Positions 1-9,595 of a stretch of 62,018 bases of DNA are shown here, one piece after another. Numbering within the stretch: position 1 is the first letter of the stretch; each line of letters starts with the position of its first letter. The notes under the pieces were generated by a model that worked only from the letters and a program-made list of their open reading frames with translations, had not been told where the DNA came from and ran no database searches. Source of the stretch: Pseudomonadota bacterium (lineage in GTDB: Bacteria; Pseudomonadota; Gammaproteobacteria; Xanthomonadales; Xanthomonadaceae); contig JAEWNA010000348.1 in the NCBI GenBank assembly GCA_023392975.1, forward strand, positions 1 through 62,018, written 5' to 3'. The translations under genes and the position numbers were made by a program.

Positions 1-12
1 CCCCGCCTGTTT

Positions 13-55
13 CCTTCTCCCCCGGGAGAAGGTGGCGCGAAGCGCCGGATGAGGG
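13..55. repeat. REP-like palindromic element (CCTTCTCCC-cc-GGGAGAAGG followed by GGCGC-gaa-GCGCC-GGATGAGGG)
   Basis: Two adjacent hairpins read directly upstream of tsf. Layout resembles extragenic palindromic repeats of GC-rich proteobacteria. Only one copy in this window. Confidence 0.5.
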
Positions 56-151
56 TCGTCGGATGCGACGCCGTCGTCTCCGCAACGCGACCCGCCCCTC
101 CTCCCGACGGAGGCGGGGTTCGAGATCACATTCAACTTCGAGGTTTTTCCC

Positions 152-1030
<879 letters not shown>

Positions 1031-1064
1031 TCCGACCCCGCATCGACGGCATTCCGGCGTCACG

Positions 1065-1093
1065 AAAAACCCGCGGGAAACCGCGGGTTTTTT
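1065..1093. terminator. Bidirectional intrinsic terminator between tsf and the GH13 gene
   Basis: AAAAA-CCCGCGG-gaaa-CCGCGGG-TTTTTT between convergent genes. Confidence 0.9.
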
Positions 1094-1111
1094 GTCGTCG
1101 GGCGTGGGCGA

Positions 1112-3040
1112 TCAGCCGCCGCAGCCCGCGGGCCGGGGCGACACGCCCGCGACCGGGCACAGCTCGTACACCTGCGCCGCGTGCGCGGGCACGACGAGCG
1201 TCGTGCCGAGTGGGGACATCGGCGTCCCGGCGAACACGTCGCGCGCGCTCGTCGCACCGCGCAGGCCCTCGGCGAAGCGTTCGAGCGCCAGCGTCACCGG
1301 CGCGTCGTTGCGACCGAGCACGATCATCAGCCGCTGCGCGTCGTCGTCGCGGAAATACACGTAGACGCCCTGCGCCGGCAGGTAGTGCAGGAAGCGGCCG
1401 TGCTGGACGGCGGTCGCGGTCTTGCGCCAGTTCAGCAGCGCGCGCATCCAGGCCTGCAGGGCGGCCTGCCGTGGCGACAGCCCTACGCCGGTGAAGGCGC
1501 TGACTGCGTCGCCCGGCCATCCGCCGGGGAAATCGCGCCGGGTAGCGGCATCGTCGCGTTCGACCGGGCTGGTCATCAGGATCTCGCTGCCGTAGTAGAA
1601 CTGCGGCACGCGCGGGATCGTCGCCAGATACAGCAGCGCGAGACGATACGCCGCATCGTCCTCGCCCAGCACGCTCCACAGCCGCGGCATGTCGTGGTTG
1701 CCTTCGATGGCGACCAGCGCCGACGGCATCACATACAGCCGATCGTTGGCCATGGCTTCGTAGAGCCGGCGCAGGCCGGTACCGGCGTATTCGCCTTCCG
1801 GTTCGACCAGCGCCTTGCGCAGCGCTTCCTCCAGCGGGAAATCCATCATGCTCGGCATGCCGGGCTTGCCGTCGACCCAGCCGTTCGTCCAGCGCGCGAC
1901 GATCGCCGGATTGCCGCTCCACTCCTCGCCGACCATCGAGAAATGCGGGTATTCCCGCAGGATGCGCCGCGTCCACTCGGCGAGGAAGGCGTTGTCGGAA
2001 TAGCCGTAGGTGTCGACGCGCAGCCCGGACAACCCGGCGTATTCGATCCACCAGATCGCGTTCTGGATCAGGTAGGTCGCCAGCAGCGGCTGGCGCTGGT
2101 TCAGATCGGGCATCGACTCGACGAACCAGCCCTGGGTGAAGTCGTCGCGATCGACCTGCGCCGAGTACGGGTCGGCGAGCGCGGTGCGGCCATGGCGCGT
2201 CGGCACGAACCGGCCGGCGTGGGTGATCCAGTCGCGCGTCGGCGGATCGCGCAGCCAAGGATGGCCGCTGCCGATGTGGTTGGGCACCACGTCCTGGAGC
2301 ACGCCAAGTCCGTGCGTGCGCGCCTCTGCGACGAAATCCCGGTAGTCGGCGTTGCTGCCGAAGCGCGGATCGATGCGGTAGAGATCGGTCGCGGCATAGC
2401 CGTGGTAGGAGTACGCCGGCTGCGCGTTCTCGATCAGCGGCGTGGGCCAGACCTGGGTGAAGCCCATGCCGGCGATGTAGTCGAGGTGGTCGCGCATCCC
2501 GCGCAGGTCGCCGCCGTGGCGCGCGACGGGATTGCCGCGATCGGTGACGTCGGCGTAGCCGGCGACGCGGTCGTTGCGCGGATCGCCGTTCGCGAACCGG
2601 TCCGGCATGAGGTTGAGGATGGCGTCGCGGCCGTCGAATCCCCGTCGCTCGGCCGAGTCCGGCACGCGCACATCGAGCGCGTAGCGCAGCGTGCGCACGC
2701 GCCCGTCGCGCGCGAAGCGCAGGACGATCTCGCCGGGCGTGGCGTCGGCGGCGATGTCGAGGTTCACGAACAGGTAGTTCGGGCTGTCGCCGCGGGTCGT
2801 GCCGACCAGCCGCGCGCGCGGGTTCGGCGGCAGCGTCGCCTCGGCATCGGCGATGCCCGGCGCCTGCAGCATCAGCTGGAGCCGGGGTTCGTGCATGCCC
2901 ACCCACCAGTTCGGCGGCCAAGCGACGATCTCCCCGGCCCGGGCCTGTGCCGGGGCGAGCACCACCAGCAGCCACAGGACCATCGCCGCGAGCGCGGCTC
3001 CGGCCCGACCGGAACGCCCCGGTGGATGTCTGGATGGCAT
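1112..3040 (-). CDS. GH13 cyclomaltodextrinase/neopullulanase-like alpha-amylase family protein, exported
   Basis: Signal peptide; WPPNWWVGM N-domain; PDRFANGD; YHGY; catalytic regions DVVPNH, GLRVDT, GEEW, NHD. Start taken at ATG 3040. Confidence 0.88.
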   Translation of the reverse strand: MPSRHPPGRSGRAGAALAAMVLWLLVVLAPAQARAGEIVAWPPNWWVGMHEPRLQLMLQAPGIADAEATLPPNPRARLVGTTRGDSPNYLFVNLDIAADATPGEIVLRFARDGRVRTLRYALDVRVPDSAERRGFDGRDAILNLMPDRFANGDPRNDRVAGYADVTDRGNPVARHGGDLRGMRDHLDYIAGMGFTQVWPTPLIENAQPAYSYHGYAATDLYRIDPRFGSNADYRDFVAEARTHGLGVLQDVVPNHIGSGHPWLRDPPTRDWITHAGRFVPTRHGRTALADPYSAQVDRDDFTQGWFVESMPDLNQRQPLLATYLIQNAIWWIEYAGLSGLRVDTYGYSDNAFLAEWTRRILREYPHFSMVGEEWSGNPAIVARWTNGWVDGKPGMPSMMDFPLEEALRKALVEPEGEYAGTGLRRLYEAMANDRLYVMPSALVAIEGNHDMPRLWSVLGEDDAAYRLALLYLATIPRVPQFYYGSEILMTSPVERDDAATRRDFPGGWPGDAVSAFTGVGLSPRQAALQAWMRALLNWRKTATAVQHGRFLHYLPAQGVYVYFRDDDAQRLMIVLGRNDAPVTLALERFAEGLRGATSARDVFAGTPMSPLGTTLVVPAHAAQVYELCPVAGVSPRPAGCGG

Positions 3041-3162
3041 CGCACTTCCCCAGCGTGATCGACACCGGATGGTGACACGCCTCACGAAAGCACGCGCACG
3101 CCCTTGCAGGCCAGGCTGCCCCACGAACCGGGATGAAGCGCAGAACATCATGAATTCGCACG

Positions 3163-3182
3163 GAACTGTGACGCAGTTCATC
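3163..3182. promoter_or_regulatory. Palindrome GAACTG-N5-CAGTTC overlapping a CRP/Clp-like site (TGTGA-N6-TCAtc)
   Basis: Read directly in the divergent GH13/TBDR intergenic region. Assignment to CRP/Clp is by consensus similarity only. Confidence 0.4.
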
Positions 3183-3186
3183 AGCG

Positions 3187-3233
3187 ACCTAACAGTTTCG
3201 TGAGTGTCGGGCGGAAGGACGCTTGGCTACGCT
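3187..3233 (+). promoter_or_regulatory. lux-box-like site ACCTAACAGTTTCGTGAGTG (CT-N12-AG) plus candidate -10 TACGCT
   Basis: CT at 3189-3190, AG at 3203-3204, -10 at 3228-3233. The box would centre near -43.5 of the implied start, typical of LuxR-activated promoters. Confidence 0.55.
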
Positions 3234-3266
3234 GCCCCGCATCCCCCGACGATTGGAATCCCCCAG

Positions 3267-5504
3267 ATGCGCATCCGGCTCCACGCCCTTCCCCTCGCGA
3301 TCGGCGCGGTCCTCGCCCTCCCCGCGCAGGCACAGGACACGCCCCACCCGGCCACGGAGGCCGCCACCGACGATCGGGCGACCGAGCTGGACACGGTCGT
3401 GGTCACCTCGACCAAGCGCGAGGAGCGCATGCAGGACGTGCCGGCCGCGATCGGCGTGATCGGCGCGAAGGACATCGAGACCGCCGGCCTGACCAGCGCC
3501 GCCGACATCGCGCCGCTGGTGCCGGGCTTCGTGATGGTGCCGCTGTTCGGCTCCTCCGGCTACAACCCGGTGATCCGCGGCCTGTCGACCACGATCGGCG
3601 AGCCGAACGTCGGCTTCTTCGTCGACGGCGTGTACATGCCCTCGCGCGCCGGCCTGGATTTCATGCTCGACGACAACATCCAGCGCATCGAGGTCGCGCG
3701 CGGCCCGCAGTACGCGCTCTACGGCCGCAACACCTTCGCCGGTGCGATCAACGTGGTCACCAAGGCGCCCGCGGGCGAGTTGGGCGGCAACGTGCGCGCG
3801 GGCGTCGGCAGCGACGGCCTGCGCGAAGGCGGCGCTACGCTCGCCGGCCCGCTGGTCGGCGACCGGCTGTTCTTCCGCACCGGCGTCCAGGCCCGCAACG
3901 AAGACGGCTTCTACGAGAACGGCAAGACCGGCGGCGCGCTCGACTGGAGCCGCCGGCGCAGCGCCTACCTCACGCTCGACGCCTATCCCGGCGAGCGTTT
4001 CGACGCGCGCCTGAACGTGCTGTACGAACGCCTGCGCGACGGCGATGTGGCCCAGCGCTACGTGTCCAACAACGGCGGCTTCGTCGCGCGCTACAACGAC
4101 CTGCAGCAGTTCTTCGGCGACGTGCCCACGCTGGATGGCGGCTACGCAGTCACGCCCGGCCACTTCGATCGCGACAACCTGATCGGCGCGCTGTCGCTGC
4201 ACTACGACGCGGATGCAGTGAAATTCACGTCGATCACCGCCTACAACCGGCTCAAGCTCGACCAGTTGTACGACTCGGACTACACCCCGGTCGACATCGC
4301 CGAGGCCGGCACGCGCGGCACCCAGAAGCAGTGGAGCCAGGAGTTCACGCTGACCTCGCAGGGCGAGCACCGCGTGGATTGGCTGGCCGGGGTCTACGTC
4401 TACGATTTCGAGGACGACCGCACCGACCTCAACCGTTTCGTCGGCAGCGCCGCGCCGCTGGGCGGCGTGCTCGCCGACGTGGTCGAGCAGACCCGCAGCC
4501 GCGCGCTTTTCGGCCAGGCGACCTGGCACATGACCGACCGCTGGTCGCTCGGGCTGGCGATGCGCTACACGGTCGAGACCAAGTCGGTGGACGTGGTGCA
4601 GACCAACCTGCCGAGTGCGACCAACCCGACCGGCTCGATGCTGACCACGCATCTGTCGCAGCGGTTCGAGCCGTTCACGCCGGGGCTGTACCTGACCTGG
4701 AAGCCGACCGACCGCGCGACCTGGTACGCCAGCGCGGTGAAGGCGATCAAGGCCGGCGGCTTCAACACGCTGATCACCAACGGCGCGATCGCCCCGTCCG
4801 AACGCAGCTACGACGCCGAGCGCAGCATGAACTACGAGATCGGCGGGAAGTTCAGCCTGCTCGACGGCCGCCTGCTGTTCGAGGCCGACGTCTACGCGAT
4901 CCGCTGGGACGACCAGATCGTGCGCAGCATCGGCCAGCTCGGCGCGGTGCTCAACGTCAACGCCGGCCGCACGTCCTCGCGTGGCGTCGAGACCAGCTTC
5001 GAATACCGCCCGAGCGCGGCGTGGACGCTGCGCGGCGGCGCCAGCCACAACCGTTCGGTCTACGACGACTACGTCTTCCCGCTGATCGGCGCGATCGGCG
5101 GCGATCCCGACCTGTCCGGCAAGCGCCTGCAGTACAGCCCGGCCTGGACCGCGAACCTCGGCGCGATGCGCACCTGGTCGCTGGCCAACGACTGGTCCGG
5201 CTACGTGCGTGGCGATGCGCAGTACCGCTCGGACATGGCCGCGGTGCAGACGGCGACGGCCACCATCCCCGCCGCGACCCGCGTGAACGTGCATGTCGGC
5301 GTGCGCAAGGGCCGTGTCGAACTCACCGCCTGGGTCAACAATCTGTTCGACGAGGATTCGGCGACGTCCGCGGTGTTCCTGACCAACCCGGCGACGCAAT
5401 TCGAGTTCGCCAGCCACCAGCGGGCCGGCCTGCAGTTGTTCCAGCCGCTGGTCTCGGCGCCGGAACCGCGCACGTTCGGCCTCGGCCTGCGCTACGCGTT
5501 CTGA
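3267..5504 (+). CDS. TonB-dependent receptor
   Basis: Signal peptide ending AQA; TonB box ELDTVVVTS; plug motif IEVARGPQYALYGRNTFAGAINVVT; NLFD; C-terminal Phe. Confidence 0.95.
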   Translation: MRIRLHALPLAIGAVLALPAQAQDTPHPATEAATDDRATELDTVVVTSTKREERMQDVPAAIGVIGAKDIETAGLTSAADIAPLVPGFVMVPLFGSSGYNPVIRGLSTTIGEPNVGFFVDGVYMPSRAGLDFMLDDNIQRIEVARGPQYALYGRNTFAGAINVVTKAPAGELGGNVRAGVGSDGLREGGATLAGPLVGDRLFFRTGVQARNEDGFYENGKTGGALDWSRRRSAYLTLDAYPGERFDARLNVLYERLRDGDVAQRYVSNNGGFVARYNDLQQFFGDVPTLDGGYAVTPGHFDRDNLIGALSLHYDADAVKFTSITAYNRLKLDQLYDSDYTPVDIAEAGTRGTQKQWSQEFTLTSQGEHRVDWLAGVYVYDFEDDRTDLNRFVGSAAPLGGVLADVVEQTRSRALFGQATWHMTDRWSLGLAMRYTVETKSVDVVQTNLPSATNPTGSMLTTHLSQRFEPFTPGLYLTWKPTDRATWYASAVKAIKAGGFNTLITNGAIAPSERSYDAERSMNYEIGGKFSLLDGRLLFEADVYAIRWDDQIVRSIGQLGAVLNVNAGRTSSRGVETSFEYRPSAAWTLRGGASHNRSVYDDYVFPLIGAIGGDPDLSGKRLQYSPAWTANLGAMRTWSLANDWSGYVRGDAQYRSDMAAVQTATATIPAATRVNVHVGVRKGRVELTAWVNNLFDEDSATSAVFLTNPATQFEFASHQRAGLQLFQPLVSAPEPRTFGLGLRYAF

Positions 5505-5524
5505 GCACGACCGGGGACTGTGCG

Positions 5525-6463
5525 ATGACCGCCTCCGATGCCATGACGCCCGATGCGTACTACGCGCTCGCCACGAGCCGCAATCTCGGCATCGTCAGCC
5601 GCGAGGAGCAGGCCACCCTGCGCCGTTCGCGGGTGGCGATCGTCGGCATGGGCGGCGCCGGCGGCATCTACCTGACGACGTTGACCCGGATGGGCATCGG
5701 CCGCTTCAGCATCGCCGACTTCGACACCTTCAGCGTCGGCAACATGAACCGCCAGGCCGGCGCCATGTCCAGCACGGTCGGTCGGCCGAAGACCGAGGTC
5801 ATGGCGGAGATCGCCCGCGACATCCATCCCGGCGCCGACATCCGCGAATTCCCCGGCGGCGTCGGTCCGCACAACATCGAGGATTTCCTCGAAGGCGCGG
5901 ACGCGGTGCTCGACGCGATCGACGTGTTCGCGCAACCGGCCCGCCTGCTGATGTACCGCACGGCGCGCCGCATGGGCATCCCGGTGTTGTTCGGTGCGCC
6001 GTTGGGGCTGTCGGGCACGTTGGGCGTGTTCACACCCGACGGCATGACCTACGAGGACTACTTCGACCTGCACGACGACCTGTCGCCGTACGAGACCATG
6101 ATGCGGTTCATCGTCGGGCTGGCGCCGAAGGGCCGCCACTGGACCTACATGGATTCGACGCACGTCGATCCGCATGCGCAGACCGGGCCTTCGTCGGCGG
6201 CCGCGATCAGCCTGATCGCGGGCATGGTGGCCACCGAGACCCTGGTCGCGCTGCTGAAGCGCCGCCCGCTGCGCGCGGCGCCGGCGTTCTGCCAGTTCGA
6301 CCCGTATCTCGGGACGTTCGTGCACGGACGCCTGCGCTGGGGCAATCGCGGGCCGCTGCAGCGCCTGAAGCTACACCTGGTCGACAGGAAGTTCGCAGGC
6401 ATGCGCGCGGAATTCGACAAGGCCGGATTCCAGGCGTTGCCCGACGCGGACCCCGCGCCGTGA
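5525..6463 (+). CDS. ThiF/E1-like adenylyltransferase (PRK08223-like, stand-alone)
   Basis: SRNLG..EEQATLRRSRVAIVGMGGAGG; ADFDTFSVGNMNRQ; GRPK; DAID; C-terminal GNRGPLQRLK. No CxxC zinc motifs. Confidence 0.9.
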   Translation: MTASDAMTPDAYYALATSRNLGIVSREEQATLRRSRVAIVGMGGAGGIYLTTLTRMGIGRFSIADFDTFSVGNMNRQAGAMSSTVGRPKTEVMAEIARDIHPGADIREFPGGVGPHNIEDFLEGADAVLDAIDVFAQPARLLMYRTARRMGIPVLFGAPLGLSGTLGVFTPDGMTYEDYFDLHDDLSPYETMMRFIVGLAPKGRHWTYMDSTHVDPHAQTGPSSAAAISLIAGMVATETLVALLKRRPLRAAPAFCQFDPYLGTFVHGRLRWGNRGPLQRLKLHLVDRKFAGMRAEFDKAGFQALPDADPAP

Positions 6464-8085
6464 GCGCCCTGCATCGCCTGCTGGCGCGCCTGCGCATCGC
6501 GATGCTGGTGCGCAAGGTCGAACGCGCCGACAGCCTGCGCGACATCCAGCGGTTCGCGCTGCGCCGGCATGCGGACGCGCCCGCGCTGGCGACGCCGACG
6601 GTGCGCTGGACCTATCGCGAGATCGAGGACCGCGTGCTGCGGTTGGTCGCCGCCTGGCGCGCCGCGGGCGCGCGCAAGGGCGCACGCGTGTGCGTGATGC
6701 TGCCGGACGAATGGCTGCAACTGGTCGTCCGCTTCGCGGCGACCGAATCCGGCGTCGTCCTCGTCGGGTTCACGCCCGCGCATGCCGCGGTGATCGCATC
6801 GCAGGCGGTGCGCGACCTGGCCCCGGCGCTGATGATGCTCGACCTTTCGCGGATGCCTGCGGGGTTCGCAGAGGCGCATCTGGCCGCCGGTGGCGCACCG
6901 ATCTGGGACTGCGGGCCGGACGGCGACATTGAGGCCCGTCTCGCCGCGGCGACGCCGACCGCCAGCGACGAAGCGATCGGTCCGGACGACGCGCTGGCGC
7001 TGGGTTTCACCTCCGGCACCTCGGGCGCGCCGAAGATGCTGGCGCTGAAGCATGCGCCCTACCTGCACAGCGTCCGCCTGCTGTTGCTCAATCTCAGCGA
7101 CCCGCCGCGCGAGCGCTCGCGGATGCTGGTCGGCATTCCGCTGTCGGGCGCGGGCAGCGGCGTGGTGCTGCCGACCCTGCTCGGCGGCGGCGAGATGATC
7201 CTGGCGAAGGCCTACACCGCGGAGGCGCTGATCGAGGCGCTGCGCGCCGAGCGCCCGTCGCACCTGTTCGTCACCCCGAGCCTGCTGATCGACCTGCTGG
7301 ACCATCCGGCGCTGGCCGACGAGGACATGGCCAGCCTGCGTCAGGTGATCTACGGCTCGGCGACGATGCCGGTGGCGAAGCTGCGCGAGGCGCTGATGCG
7401 CTTCGGCACGATCTTCCAGCAGGGCTACGGCATGTCCGAGGCGCTGCCGCCGATCACGATGCTGCCACCCGGCGCGCACGTCGACGACGGACTGCCGCCG
7501 ATGCAGAGCGTGCTGTCGTCCTGCGGGCGCGTCGCCCGCGGCGTCGGGCTGGAGGTACGGCGCGAAGACGACGCCGTCGCCCCGGCCGGCGCCATCGGCA
7601 GGATCTGGGTGCGCACGCCAACGGTGTTCGAAGGCTATGTCGGCCGCCCCGATCTCAACGGCGACGTGCTGCGCGACGGCTGGTACTTCACCGGCGATCA
7701 TGGCTACTTCGACGCCGCCGGCCACCTGCACGTGCTCGACCGCCAGCAGAACCTGATCGACCTCCCGGAGGGCCGGCTGTATCCGCGCCTCGTCGAGGAC
7801 CGGGTGCACGAATCCCGCCACGTGAAGGAGGCTGCGGTGGTGTTCGCGCGGCGGCAGGTCTGGCTGTGCGTGTCGCTGCGGCGCACCAGCCGCGCGCTCG
7901 ACCGCGCGATGATCGAGGCGGAAATCCGCGCGCACCTGGCCGAGAGCCTCCCCGACTGGCAGCGACCGGAACGCCTCCTGATCGTCGACGAACTGCCACG
8001 CAGCTTCCTCGCCAAGCTGCTGCATCGCGAGGTCCGCGACGGCATCGAGCACGGCACGCTGGGCACGGGCGACGCCGCGCGATGA
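6460..8085 (+). CDS. ANL-superfamily AMP-forming ligase (acyl-CoA synthetase/amide ligase-like)
   Basis: A3 FTSGTSGAPK, A5 GYGMSE, A7 YFTGDHG, A10 LPRSFLAK. GTGA overlap with the ThiF stop. Confidence 0.9.
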   Translation: MSALHRLLARLRIAMLVRKVERADSLRDIQRFALRRHADAPALATPTVRWTYREIEDRVLRLVAAWRAAGARKGARVCVMLPDEWLQLVVRFAATESGVVLVGFTPAHAAVIASQAVRDLAPALMMLDLSRMPAGFAEAHLAAGGAPIWDCGPDGDIEARLAAATPTASDEAIGPDDALALGFTSGTSGAPKMLALKHAPYLHSVRLLLLNLSDPPRERSRMLVGIPLSGAGSGVVLPTLLGGGEMILAKAYTAEALIEALRAERPSHLFVTPSLLIDLLDHPALADEDMASLRQVIYGSATMPVAKLREALMRFGTIFQQGYGMSEALPPITMLPPGAHVDDGLPPMQSVLSSCGRVARGVGLEVRREDDAVAPAGAIGRIWVRTPTVFEGYVGRPDLNGDVLRDGWYFTGDHGYFDAAGHLHVLDRQQNLIDLPEGRLYPRLVEDRVHESRHVKEAAVVFARRQVWLCVSLRRTSRALDRAMIEAEIRAHLAESLPDWQRPERLLIVDELPRSFLAKLLHREVRDGIEHGTLGTGDAAR

Positions 8086-9476
8086 ATGCCGGATCCCGGA
8101 CGAGCGCGTGGCGACTGCTGGGCTACGGCAGCGGCAGCATGCTGCTGGCGTCCTACTACCTGATCAGCGGCGCCTACCTGCTGTTCGCGACCGCGATCCT
8201 CGGCCTGCCGGCCGGCACCGCCGGCCTGATCATGGCGGCCTCGACGCTGTGGGACGCGGTGATCGACCTGCCGCTGGGCTGGTGGTCGGACCGCACGCGC
8301 TCGTCGCGGTTCGGGCGGCGGCACGGGTTCCTGATCGCCGGCGGAATCGGCACCGCCGCGCTGACGGCCACGCTGTGGGCGACGCCGCATGGACTCGGCG
8401 CCACCGCGACCGCGCTGTGGCTGGCGCTGACGATGATCGCCCTGAAGACGGCGATCGCCGCATTCATGATCCCGCACACCGCGCTGGGCGGCGAAATCGT
8501 CGACGGCTACGACGCAAGGACGGTTGCGCAAGGCTACCGCGCCGCGTTCCAGGTCCTCGGCATGGTGTTCGCACTGGTCGGCAGCAACCTGATCTTCTTC
8601 CGCCCGACCGCGGCCTATCCGCAGGGCCAGCTCAACCCGGCCGCCTACGCGCCGATGGGCATCGCCTGCGCGGTGCTGGTGCTGCTGGCGACGGTCTCCA
8701 CGCTCGCCGGCACCTGGTCGTTCATTCCCCGGCTGCGCGCGCCGGCATCGGCAGCGCCGACCGGTTGGAAGGCGATCGGCGATCTGCTGCGCGACCGCAA
8801 CCTGCGCGCACTGGTGCTGACCATCCTCTGCATCGAGCTGACGCTGCAGATCGGCATCTCGCTCGGCAACCACGTCAACACTTACACCTACGGCCTGTCC
8901 GGGCCGCAGATGGGCGTGCTCGGCCTCGCCCTGCTGGGCGCCGCGGCGCTGTCGCAACCGCTGTGGATCCGGCTCGGTCGCCGCTACGACAAGAAGCCGA
9001 CGCTGATCGTGGCCGCGCTGGTGGCGGTCGCCGGGTTCACCCTCGGCCCGCTGACGCACGTCGCCTGGGGCTGGTTCCCGCTGGCGCCGGCGGATCACGT
9101 GGTGAAGACGCTGCTGCCGTTCCAGGTGCTGGCCGGCGCCGGCACCGGCGCGTTCTGGTCGCTGCCCTACGCGATGGTGGTGGACTGCGCGGTCGACCGC
9201 GAACGCCGCACCGGCGAATCCACCGCCGGCAGCAGCACCGGCCTGTACATCTTCGCCTACAAGGTCGGCAGCAGCGTCAGCATCGCCGCCAGCGGCTGGC
9301 TGCTGCGCGGCATCGGCTACGACCCCACCCTCGCCGCGCAGGCGGAGGCGACGCGCTACTGGCTGGCGGTCGGCCCTGCGCTGCTGATCCTCGCCGGTGC
9401 GCCGTTCGTGCTGTGGGCGCTGACCGGATATCGTCTGTCGCGCGCCGCATTCGCGCCGACGCCGCCGACGGGATGA
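8082..9476 (+). CDS. MFS transporter, glycoside-pentoside-hexuronide (MelB/GPH)-like
   Basis: WDAVIDLPLGWWSDRTRSSRFGRRH motif, about 12 hydrophobic segments, GYDP near the C-terminus. ATGA overlap with the ligase stop. Confidence 0.88.
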   Translation: MNAGSRTSAWRLLGYGSGSMLLASYYLISGAYLLFATAILGLPAGTAGLIMAASTLWDAVIDLPLGWWSDRTRSSRFGRRHGFLIAGGIGTAALTATLWATPHGLGATATALWLALTMIALKTAIAAFMIPHTALGGEIVDGYDARTVAQGYRAAFQVLGMVFALVGSNLIFFRPTAAYPQGQLNPAAYAPMGIACAVLVLLATVSTLAGTWSFIPRLRAPASAAPTGWKAIGDLLRDRNLRALVLTILCIELTLQIGISLGNHVNTYTYGLSGPQMGVLGLALLGAAALSQPLWIRLGRRYDKKPTLIVAALVAVAGFTLGPLTHVAWGWFPLAPADHVVKTLLPFQVLAGAGTGAFWSLPYAMVVDCAVDRERRTGESTAGSSTGLYIFAYKVGSSVSIAASGWLLRGIGYDPTLAAQAEATRYWLAVGPALLILAGAPFVLWALTGYRLSRAAFAPTPPTG

Positions 9477-9513
9477 GACCCGACCGCAGTCACGGTCGTC
9501 CACGGACGCAGGC

Positions 9514-9522
9514 TGCTAGGAT
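9514..9522 (+). promoter_or_regulatory. Candidate extended -10 (TGcTAGGAT) for luxR
   Basis: TGnTAnnnT match about 75 bp upstream of the luxR ATG, after a small hairpin (CGACCG-N6-CGGTCG, 9481-9498). Confidence 0.35.
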
Positions 9523-9595
9523 GGGCCACGGTCGGCGCGATGCCGATCGCGGATCCACGGCGCAGGGGGGCCTACACCGGGGGAGCATCCGATCC

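Noticed and set aside
3200..6463. Apparent 1087-aa ORF ending in ThiF, and 759-aa ORF (8108-10387) ending in LuxR, as fusion proteins
   Set aside because: The N-terminal parts are Arg/Pro-rich off-frame read-through of the TBDR and MFS genes. The real starts are about 5525 and 9596.
5525..6463. ThiF as part of a CBASS/Bil-type ubiquitin-like defence system
   Set aside because: No E2, JAB, Ubl or cyclase genes nearby; the context is transport and small-molecule metabolism.
3041..9595. RiPP (microcin C/pantocin-like) interpretation of the ThiF cassette
   Set aside because: No plausible precursor ORF in the short intergenic gaps, and no N-terminal peptide-clamp/RRE extension on the ThiF protein. 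It cannot be fully excluded if a precursor is encoded elsewhere.
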